Assembly: GCA_045561055.1 (NCBI GenBank)
Contig: JBJKYL010000013.1
Span: 64,495-128,494 of the forward strand
Origin: Candidatus Rariloculaceae bacterium
Lineage (GTDB): Bacteria > Pseudomonadota > Gammaproteobacteria > Steroidobacterales > Rariloculaceae
DNA length: 64,000 nt
Direction: 5' to 3'
Position numbers and translations under genes: made by a program. Positions within the stretch are counted from its first letter, which is position 1. Each line of letters starts with the position of its first letter. Of the stretch, positions 8,753 to 16,245 are shown piece by piece. The notes below the pieces were generated by a model that did no database searches, was not told the origin of the DNA, and saw only the letters and a program-made list of their open reading frames with translations.

Positions 8753-9859
8753 TTAAATACCAAATACACGCTCGGCAGTGCGGTGAAATATTTTTGCTCT
8801 ATCGCTACTTGATAGCGGCGCATCCTCGATCATCTTAACTAATGGTTCATTGATGCCATAGGGATAGTCGACAGCGAACATGATTCGGTCTGCGCCAAGT
8901 ACTTCCATGCAGAGATTCAACGTAGGGGGTGAGTTCATGCCACTAGTTGTTATTACAAAGTTGTCGAGAAAGTATTCACTCGGCATGCGTTGTGCGATCC
9001 AGTTAGGCGACTGATAGAAACGTCTTAACGTCGAGTCGAGTCGGTCAAGCCAGAAGGGCACGCCTTCTCCCATATGTCCAAGAATCACGGTGAGATTGGG
9101 GAACTGGTCGAATACGCCACCTAACATCATCCGCACGGCGTGCAGTGAGCTTTCCATATGAAAACCCCAGGTGGCGCCTTCTAACGGATATTCCGTAAAC
9201 GGATCCAACATGCCAGCCGGCGGCGTACGCGGGTGCAAGTAAACAGGTGCGCCAGCGGCTTCCGCACTTTCCAGTATCGGCCAGAATTTTTGGTTATCCA
9301 GAAACTCGCCCTTCGTATGCGAATTAATAACAATGCCGTGAAGGCCGAGGGTCCCAACGGCGCGTTCTAATTCTAGTGCGGCACCCTCGATATCCTGTGG
9401 CGCGAGTGTCGCTAGGGCCGCAAATCGTGTTGGGTGCTTCTCAACGATTTCAGCAGCACGGTCATTGGCAAGGCGGGCAAGCTCAGTTGCTTGCTCTGCG
9501 CCGAAGGCCTGCACTCCAGGTGAGGTTAGCGATAAGACTTGCATATCGATACCAGCCGCATCCATGGCATCCAGCCGCTCGCCCTCCAGATCGGCAAGCC
9601 GATCCCAGATTCCTGCGAAGGGCGTACCGATAATACGGTTATAGAAGGTTGTATAACCCGGTTCATCCGCTGCACCGGTTGCCATTAGTTCGTGTATAGC
9701 CGCGGTTATTTCCGGGATAATAAAGGCTTCTTCGGTTGTGATTCGACGGAATGCTGTTTCACTTTGGGACCATGCTGTGCGCCCCGGCCCGATGAAAGCT
9801 AGGGAAGCGAGTGATGCTTTCTGCAGGAAATCTCGTCTATTGTTATTCAATGGAGCCAC
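8753..9859 (-). CDS. Tat-exported amidohydrolase-2 (ACMSD/LigW-like metal-dependent hydrolase/decarboxylase) family protein
   Basis: Twin-arginine signal MAPLNNNRRDFLQKASLASLAFIG. Then ITTEEAFIIPEI, INSHTKGEFLD, LHPRTPP, ILGHMGEGVPFW and FAVDYPY, typical of Amidohydro_2 TIM barrels. The start lies 1 nt after the upstream YceI stop. Confidence 0.75.
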   Translation of the reverse strand: MAPLNNNRRDFLQKASLASLAFIGPGRTAWSQSETAFRRITTEEAFIIPEITAAIHELMATGAADEPGYTTFYNRIIGTPFAGIWDRLADLEGERLDAMDAAGIDMQVLSLTSPGVQAFGAEQATELARLANDRAAEIVEKHPTRFAALATLAPQDIEGAALELERAVGTLGLHGIVINSHTKGEFLDNQKFWPILESAEAAGAPVYLHPRTPPAGMLDPFTEYPLEGATWGFHMESSLHAVRMMLGGVFDQFPNLTVILGHMGEGVPFWLDRLDSTLRRFYQSPNWIAQRMPSEYFLDNFVITTSGMNSPPTLNLCMEVLGADRIMFAVDYPYGINEPLVKMIEDAPLSSSDRAKIFHRTAERVFGI

Positions 9860-9860
9860 T

Positions 9861-10481
9861 CTAGTTAGATGTTAGTTGTTCGGAATCAATGCGTTTCGCT
9901 TCTACGGTAATTTTTAGGTTGACATACATCAGGTGACCATTCTCTATGCCGTAGGTAACGCCATAGTCGTCGCGATTGAAGGTGCCGGAGGCGTCAGCTC
10001 CACAAATCATTTCTTCAGCACGACGGTGGTGTGGTTGGCATCGAAAATGTTCAATCGTTAGTGATAGCGGGTTCGTAACGCCGTGCAGCGTTAGTTCGCC
10101 TTCAATTCCGGTCGGATCGCCATATCTCGTAAACGATGAAATGATGCCGGTATAGCTAGCTGTCGGAAATTGGGCAACGTCGAGGATGTCTTCGGCTTTC
10201 GCATGCCTATTCATGTCGTCTAGACCGAAATTAATGGAATCCATATCGAATGTTAGGTCGACAGAGCCCGTCTTCGCTTCTTGATCAAGGATTATCGTGC
10301 CGGCTGTCCGTTCAATTTTTCCGCGCCAAATAGAGAGTCCACCCTGATGGTCTGCCTCAAAAGTCGGGAACGTATGTCGCGGGTCGACTTCGTAGAGAAC
10401 TGGTTCCGCAGAAATTACAGTCATCGCAATAGTGCAAAAACAACCGAGTGTTGCGCTAAGAAATTTCGTATTACCAATCAT
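9861..10481 (-). CDS. YceI-like periplasmic lipid/polyisoprenoid-binding protein
   Basis: Signal peptide, then YEVDPRHTFPTFEADHQGGLSIWRGKIERTAGTIILD and ELTLHGVTNPLSL, which is the YceI family signature. Confidence 0.8.
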   Translation of the reverse strand: MIGNTKFLSATLGCFCTIAMTVISAEPVLYEVDPRHTFPTFEADHQGGLSIWRGKIERTAGTIILDQEAKTGSVDLTFDMDSINFGLDDMNRHAKAEDILDVAQFPTASYTGIISSFTRYGDPTGIEGELTLHGVTNPLSLTIEHFRCQPHHRRAEEMICGADASGTFNRDDYGVTYGIENGHLMYVNLKITVEAKRIDSEQLTSN

Positions 10482-10493
10482 TAGGCTATACCT

Positions 10494-11546
10494 CTATCGA
10501 GTAGTGTAAGTTTCGTAGTATTCGTTTCTAGCATTGGTGATTGTGAAGCGACTACCGTCTGCTTCAATCTCCGCTTTGATCCAGTGAGCTTGATCGTTTT
10601 CCACAGTTAGGTTAGCAGTTTTTCGGGCCTCGGTGTTATGGGCGTCGTCCGTTCCTGTCGCGCGATGCATTTGCCAGAAGCCCTCAAGACCGGGGCTTGC
10701 CGCGGCTGTTTCGTAACCGTCGGGATTACCGCCCTTTGTCGCGCCGGTACTGGAGACTGCAGCAATCGGCGCCAGCGACCATACGAACTGTGGCGCAATA
10801 TTGTTGCCATGATGCGGGTAGTCGAGTAGATCGATTGTGCCAACGTTATTGGTTGGGCAGACAAGTGTGTGCAAACCACCCCACGACAGATCGCCGACGT
10901 TGACGTACTGAAAGTCGCCCATCGAGAGATGGAAGCCTAGGCTGTATATGTCCTCGCCATCCGTATCGAGCCCGGTTGGCGCGCAGTCGTCGCCTCTACA
11001 GTACAGGCCATTCGGATCTGTATTTTCGCAAACGGGGTTCGGACCCGGTGATCCGGCCAGAGGTGCGCCAAGGAATTGCTTGTCTCCGGCTATAATTGTT
11101 ACATCGACGCCGCTGAGCGGTAGGATATCTCCCGGCGAGACTGAAGTTCTCTTTCCGGTCTCCGCTGCGGTCAGGTAACGCTCGAAGTTCTCGACTTGGC
11201 GGCCGGAAGTCAGGGTGCTGTCTCCGTAGTCGATAAACTCGATGATCGGCACCATTTCCGCTAGCGCGTAAACCCCGCCCACATGATCGCCGTGAAAATG
11301 AGTCGCGACGAAGTAGTCGAGCTGTCCGACCGCGGCGTCGTCCATGGCGGCTTTGATGCGGTGCGAGTAGATGTCGCCCGGCCGGTCGAATGCGGCGTCT
11401 ACCAGGATCGCCTGGCGCTCCGGCGTCACGATCAGCGTGGCTGCGGCACCGTCGGCGTCGATCCAATAGATATCCATATGTTGTCCATAAACAGCTGATG
11501 TCAAGCAAAGTAGGAGGAGTCCTAACCAGATGTTTACGTTTTTCAT
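10494..11546 (-). CDS. Secreted MBL-fold metallo-hydrolase with intact metal motif
   Basis: Signal peptide MKNVNIWLGLLLLCLTSAVYG. Intact motif VATHFHGDHVGGV (HxHxDH) and a later YPHHGN. Confidence 0.8.
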   Translation of the reverse strand: MKNVNIWLGLLLLCLTSAVYGQHMDIYWIDADGAAATLIVTPERQAILVDAAFDRPGDIYSHRIKAAMDDAAVGQLDYFVATHFHGDHVGGVYALAEMVPIIEFIDYGDSTLTSGRQVENFERYLTAAETGKRTSVSPGDILPLSGVDVTIIAGDKQFLGAPLAGSPGPNPVCENTDPNGLYCRGDDCAPTGLDTDGEDIYSLGFHLSMGDFQYVNVGDLSWGGLHTLVCPTNNVGTIDLLDYPHHGNNIAPQFVWSLAPIAAVSSTGATKGGNPDGYETAAASPGLEGFWQMHRATGTDDAHNTEARKTANLTVENDQAHWIKAEIEADGSRFTITNARNEYYETYTTR

Positions 11547-11600
11547 TAATTATTCTCCGTCATTAGTTATAGGACGAAAAGTTCTAGACAGCGTATAGGG

Positions 11601-12656
11601 TTAATCAGATACGAGATTAAAACGCTGGACTCTTCGTCCACTAGACGTTTCGGCAACGTACAGGTTGCCATGTGAGTCGGTATCAAGGGTATGACCATGA
11701 GTAAAGTAGCCGAGCTGGTGTCCCGGTCGTCCGAAGTGTGACAAGTTTTCTCCAGTCTCATGGTCTAAGACGTGTACCTGCTCTTGAGCGCCGTTCATGA
11801 TGTAAAGGTATTCTTGATCTTCGTCTGGTGAAAAAGCCACCCACCAGGTCGTTCCTCGGTTGATTGGGTCTTCGATGTAATCGTCAGTCCTAGCAACGCG
11901 GATGTCTCTAATGTGGTTGCCAGTTTTATCAAAAACCTGAACACGACTAGCCTGTCGATCACAGACATAGATAAGTCCTTCGTTGCTCATGGCGATACAG
12001 TGAACGACTTCTGCAAAGGCACCTGGTGGTGGGTTACTCCGTTCTTGTGCGGTAGCGTGGCGTCCCCATTGGCGGAGATAGTTTCCCTCTGAATCAAATA
12101 CTACAACGCGTTTATTACCGTAACCGTCAGAGATATAGATGTCCCCATTTTCTGGGTCAACAACGGCACCAGAGGGTCGGTGTAGTAGGGTGCGGCTAGA
12201 ATTTTTAAGTTCTGTTTCCCGAGTACCATCCTCAGTATCAAACAATCGTTTTGTGCCAATCTGCAATAGCAATTCACCGTCATGACTATACTTTTGGACG
12301 ATAGCATCCTGATTACCGCCTATGTAGACATTGTCATCGGTGTCGAAACTACAACCGTGTACAGCTTGCGGTACGAGATTGGGATCACCCCATGAATTCA
12401 CGAGGTTGCCTTCCATATCAAACATCATAAGCGTGTCTGCTGGTCGGCCAGTTTGCATTTCTTCGTCGTTGATATTACGGCGGTCCACAATAACGATATG
12501 ATCGTGAGAGTCGACGCACACGCCACCAATTTGACCATTAATCCAGGTTTCTGGGAGAGGTTTCGGCCAAGTTGGGTCAACCTCAAATTGGGGTTGGGCC
12601 TCTGTTGTAAGTGACCAGAAGAGAAGCATTAGAAGCGGTGACATCAACTTTCGCAT
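11601..12656 (-). CDS. Secreted NHL-repeat beta-propeller, PAL-like with complete catalytic residue set
   Basis: ORF track gives 11601-12689. The internal ATG at 12656 gives MRKLMSPLLMLLFWSLTTEA|QPQFEVDPTWPKPLP. AVHGCSFDTDDNVYIG, ISDGYGNKRVVVFDSEGNYLRQWG, VVHCIAMSNEGLIYVCDRQASRVQVF and FTHGHTLDTDSHGNLYVAE align with PAL YLPHGLSIDTDGNYWV, SDGYCNSRIVQF, VPHSLAL..CVADRENGRIQCF and MPHDIVASEDGTVYIGD. Confidence 0.85.
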   Translation of the reverse strand: MRKLMSPLLMLLFWSLTTEAQPQFEVDPTWPKPLPETWINGQIGGVCVDSHDHIVIVDRRNINDEEMQTGRPADTLMMFDMEGNLVNSWGDPNLVPQAVHGCSFDTDDNVYIGGNQDAIVQKYSHDGELLLQIGTKRLFDTEDGTRETELKNSSRTLLHRPSGAVVDPENGDIYISDGYGNKRVVVFDSEGNYLRQWGRHATAQERSNPPPGAFAEVVHCIAMSNEGLIYVCDRQASRVQVFDKTGNHIRDIRVARTDDYIEDPINRGTTWWVAFSPDEDQEYLYIMNGAQEQVHVLDHETGENLSHFGRPGHQLGYFTHGHTLDTDSHGNLYVAETSSGRRVQRFNLVSD

Positions 12657-13051
12657 TTTTTTCTCCATCAGAATGGGTATGGATAGCATAATTTTTCTAC
12701 GGATGTGCTTTTTTCAAAGTGATCTTATTATTCTACTAGAGATTGGCTATGTGTATACAATTTGAGAGCCAGTCATTACCAAGGGTTAGTTAGCAGTAAC
12801 GAAAGGTTATGGGCACTGCTCAACTGTGCCTACATCGGTGGAGTTAAATAATCACGTTACACATTGCTATGAAGTTTCTTATTAGATTGGATGTTATTGA
12901 ATGTTGCCTATATCAATCTATTCTTTTATTTTTTTTAATGAGGTAGTAACTGATGCTGGGTAGTATATTATGGTGTTTAATATAATTAAAATAGTAGCGT
13001 CTTAGGTTTAGTCAAAAGCTGCTTAAACTCAACGGGGAGAAATACGCAATA

Positions 13052-13966
13052 ATGCTGAATGTTTATCGATTCGGATTTTATTGGGATCCATGTTCGCTAT
13101 TGGTGGTCGCCGGGTTTTCTGCACTAGTTAGTGCGCCAGTATCTGGACAAGTTGATATTGATAATATGTGGCGTCCTCTGCCTCACAATCAGGACGGTAG
13201 CGGCATGATTGGCGATGCTGCTGGTGTGCCGCTAAATGACGATGGTAAATCGCGAGCAGAGACCTGGTCGCCTGACCAATTCGACATGGCTGAGTGGGTC
13301 TGCCGGCCGCACGCTTGGGACGTTTCTCTGGAAGGTCCGTTAGCTCAAGTACGGTTCTCGTCACAATACGATGCCGCAACGCAAGGGGTTGATGCATACC
13401 TTGGCCACATCTACATGCAGTGGCAGCAACAGACCATCTGGATGGATGGCCGCCCACATCCATCGAAGAACGCGCCACATACATGGAGCGGCTTTACGAC
13501 CGGTGAATGGCAAGGCGATGTCCTGGTGACAACCACCACGCATGTCAAGGAAGATTATGTTCGACGTTGGGGCTTGCCGCGCAGTGATCAAACAACCCTG
13601 AGGACACACTGGCGCAGAATGGGCGACTACCTTCAGGCGACTGTCATCATGTATGACCCGATCTACATGACGGAGCCTTACACCCGTAGCTCGCTGATGT
13701 GGATTAGGGATCCCGGGCTGAACATGGATCCATACCCTTGCGAAGAGGCAACGGAGACTGCGGTACCAAAAGGCACTACGGCGCATTTTTTGCCCGGACA
13801 GTCATATATGCCGGCGTACGATCCCGAGCGATCGGATTCTTTCGCGACGCCGTATGAAGCGAGAAGAGGGGGAGCAGAGTCTATGTACCCGGACTACATC
13901 CGAAAGATGGAAACAATGGCTGCTCCCTCGTTAACTTTAGATCCCGCCGATATTCGAAGCAACTAG
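13052..13966 (+). CDS. Exported C-module-only protein (paralog C1), function unknown
   Basis: Signal peptide ending VSAPVSG|QVD. EWVCRPHAWD, WSGFTTGEWQGDVLVTTTTHVKEDY, MYDPIYMTEP and DPYPCEEA match the C-module pattern of the fused paralogs. First gene of a tight plus-strand operon. Confidence 0.7.
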   Translation: MLNVYRFGFYWDPCSLLVVAGFSALVSAPVSGQVDIDNMWRPLPHNQDGSGMIGDAAGVPLNDDGKSRAETWSPDQFDMAEWVCRPHAWDVSLEGPLAQVRFSSQYDAATQGVDAYLGHIYMQWQQQTIWMDGRPHPSKNAPHTWSGFTTGEWQGDVLVTTTTHVKEDYVRRWGLPRSDQTTLRTHWRRMGDYLQATVIMYDPIYMTEPYTRSSLMWIRDPGLNMDPYPCEEATETAVPKGTTAHFLPGQSYMPAYDPERSDSFATPYEARRGGAESMYPDYIRKMETMAAPSLTLDPADIRSN

Positions 13967-13970
13967 TGAT

Positions 13971-14981
13971 ATGTTGAAAGTTACACGTTTCGGAGTTAGC
14001 CGCCTAACGATCAGTCTATGTCTGGCGAGCTTGCTTGCGTCTGGAGCCCAAGCACAGATATGGCCGACGTCAGTAATTGGGGTGCCTGAAGGGGAGATAG
14101 AGGTTCTCCACGTCAAAGGTAACGTCTACATGTTAGCGGGTTCCGCTGGCAACATTGCGGTGCAGGTCGGTCCTTCAGGTGTGTTAATGGTGGACACCGG
14201 TAGTGCTGCGCTGGCCGATAAGGTATTAGCAGCGGTCGAGACGATCACGAGCGAGCCAATCCGCTACATCGTTAATACCAGTTACCCGGAGGATTATACC
14301 GGTGGCAATGGGACGATTTCGGCGGCTGGACGGTTAGCGACCCCGTTTCGCGGCAGCGGAAGTAGTTCTGTGCAGGGCCAATTCGGTGGGGACAGATCTT
14401 CTGTCATCTCCTACTACACCGTGTTTCATCAGATGGCGGCACCCTCCGATGAGGCGCTAGTCAGAGAGGAAAATTCGTGGCCGGATAATACATTCTCGAC
14501 GCCATTGAAGCGATTGTATTTTAACGACGAGCCAGTGATGATGATGCACCAACCGTCGACGACCGACGGTAACACGATCGTGCTATTCCGAAAATCGGAT
14601 GTCATTGCGGCGGGCGCTGCGCTTAATTTGGAAACCTATCCCGTTATCGATATTGAGGCCGGCGGCAGTATTCAGGCAGTGGTTGTTGCGTTAAATCGGG
14701 TGATTGATATGGCGGTGCCTTCCGAGCGTTCTGAAGGCGGAACGCTGGTGATCCCAGGCCGTGGCAGAATCTCTGATTTTGCAGAGGTGGCACAGCAACG
14801 GGATATGATTTCAATTATCCGCGACCGTGTTCAGAGCATGATTAACGAGGGTATGTCCTTGGCCGATGTGCTCGAAGCAAGACCAACCGAAGGCTATGAT
14901 GTTCGCTATGGAAGTGATAGTGGTCCATGGACAACAGACATGTTTGTCGAAGCAGCCTATTTGAGCCTGGTGGGGCAGTGA
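13971..14981 (+). CDS. Secreted MBL-fold protein with degenerate metal-binding motif (probable pseudoenzyme or binding protein)
   Basis: Signal peptide ...LLASGAQA|QIW. NVYMLAGSAGNIAVQVGPSGVLMVDTGS is the MBL beta-hairpin start. Where HxHxDHxGG is expected the sequence reads IVNTSYPEDYTGGNG, so only the Asp is kept. Starts 4 nt after the upstream stop. Confidence 0.7.
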   Translation: MLKVTRFGVSRLTISLCLASLLASGAQAQIWPTSVIGVPEGEIEVLHVKGNVYMLAGSAGNIAVQVGPSGVLMVDTGSAALADKVLAAVETITSEPIRYIVNTSYPEDYTGGNGTISAAGRLATPFRGSGSSSVQGQFGGDRSSVISYYTVFHQMAAPSDEALVREENSWPDNTFSTPLKRLYFNDEPVMMMHQPSTTDGNTIVLFRKSDVIAAGAALNLETYPVIDIEAGGSIQAVVVALNRVIDMAVPSERSEGGTLVIPGRGRISDFAEVAQQRDMISIIRDRVQSMINEGMSLADVLEARPTEGYDVRYGSDSGPWTTDMFVEAAYLSLVGQ

Positions 14982-15000
14982 TTAAGCAGGGAGTTTTCTG

Positions 15001-15399
15001 ATGAAACAATTTAGATTGATGCTACCGTTTGTGATTGGCGGAATTGTTTTTCTGGCAATTACTGGACGCGTACTGGCACACCATTCGTTCTCAGCGACTT
15101 ACCTGCAAGGCAATCAAATCGAAGTCCAAGGCGCAGTTAAGGAACTAGTATGGCGTAATCCGCATTCCTTCTTAAGAATCGATGTTGAGGATGAGAATGG
15201 TGTGTTGCAGACGTGGTCATTGGAATGGACTTCTGCAAATCGGCTGGCCGGTACTGAGATGACCCGAACGACGCTCCGTCCGAAAGACGTCGTTATTGCA
15301 ACTGGAGATCCAGCACGAACCCCGGGAGCGCCACGTCTTTTGCTTCGCCAGTTGAGGCGGCCTAGCGATGGTTGGGAGTGGATTGGTGATATCGACTAG
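15001..15399 (+). CDS. Exported N-module-only protein (His-His/NPH; DUF6152-like by recollection), paralog S1
   Basis: MKQFRLMLPFVIGGIVFLAITGRVLA|HHSFSATYLQGNQIEVQGAVKELVWRNPHSFLRIDVEDENG...WSLEW...; 132 aa. Its end overlaps the next gene. Confidence 0.85.
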   Translation: MKQFRLMLPFVIGGIVFLAITGRVLAHHSFSATYLQGNQIEVQGAVKELVWRNPHSFLRIDVEDENGVLQTWSLEWTSANRLAGTEMTRTTLRPKDVVIATGDPARTPGAPRLLLRQLRRPSDGWEWIGDID

Positions 15400-16189
15400 T
15401 ACTATAACTTCGTTCCGATCTGGGGTTATCCAGGCACTGTTGCTTTGCTTTGCAGGGTGCTCGGCCTTTGCGCAAGACGGAGGCGAGATCACCGGACGTC
15501 AGCGCATGTCGGAGTCGCAAAATTTGACAGGCTACTGGGTCTCAGTTGTGACACAGCATTGGCACTATCGAATGCGAATGCCGCCGAAGGGGGCGACGGC
15601 CAAGATCCCACTTAATGAGACAGGGCGCCGAATTCTTGAGTCTTGGAATCCTGAGGCTGATGCTGCCAATGGCCATGCCTGCCGTGCCTATGGCGCTGGT
15701 AATATCATGCGTATACCAGGCCGCTTTCATATACATTGGGCGGATGACAATACGCTACAGATTGATACCGATTCTGGTACTCAGACGCGTCTTCTACAAT
15801 TCGCTCCGCAAACGTCAGCTTCCGAGGTAGAACCATCGTTACAGGGGCGGTCTGCAGCAGCATGGGTTGGAAGGGAAGGTGCGCCAGAGGGTAGTCGTAA
15901 CGCGGATCAGAACGATCCTAATGCAGTTCGATACTTGGTTGCGTCTACCTCTCGCCTGCTTCCAGGGTATCTGTTGAAAAATGGAGTTCCCTACAGCGGT
16001 AGTACGACTCTTGAGGAATATTTTTACACGTTCACAGAGCCAAATGGTGACGAATGGCTCGTCGTGACAACATTGATCGATGACCCAGAGTTTCTAGCTC
16101 GGCAGCATGTCACCACTAACCAATATAAGAGAGAGCCAGACGACTCTGGGTGGGACCCAACGCCTTGCCAGGTTGATAAGCCTCGTTAG
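15368..16189 (+). CDS. C-module-only protein, probable lipoprotein (paralog C2)
   Basis: ATG at 15368 or in-frame GTG at 15386. Signal with LLLCFAGC lipobox-like end. NLTGYWVS, GHACRAYGAGN, VVTTLIDDPEFLARQ and WDPTPCQ match the C-module in a diverged form. Overlaps the upstream N-module gene by 32 nt (or 14 nt). Confidence 0.65.
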   Translation: MVGSGLVISTSTITSFRSGVIQALLLCFAGCSAFAQDGGEITGRQRMSESQNLTGYWVSVVTQHWHYRMRMPPKGATAKIPLNETGRRILESWNPEADAANGHACRAYGAGNIMRIPGRFHIHWADDNTLQIDTDSGTQTRLLQFAPQTSASEVEPSLQGRSAAAWVGREGAPEGSRNADQNDPNAVRYLVASTSRLLPGYLLKNGVPYSGSTTLEEYFYTFTEPNGDEWLVVTTLIDDPEFLARQHVTTNQYKREPDDSGWDPTPCQVDKPR

Positions 16190-16245
16190 GATGGCTTTTG
16201 AGGGGTGAGTGCTGGCGATTACAAACAACGGACCGAGGATAAAAA

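Noticed and set aside
10996-11508. 170-aa Arg-rich ORF, and similar nested ORFs at 10607-10879, 10638-10829, 10697-10903, 10948-11178 and 11283-11498
   Set aside because: All are embedded in alternative frames or on the opposite strand of the MBL hydrolase gene (10494-11546), which has a signal peptide and an intact HxHxDH motif. The Arg/Pro/Gly bias is typical of off-frame reading of a moderately GC-rich gene.
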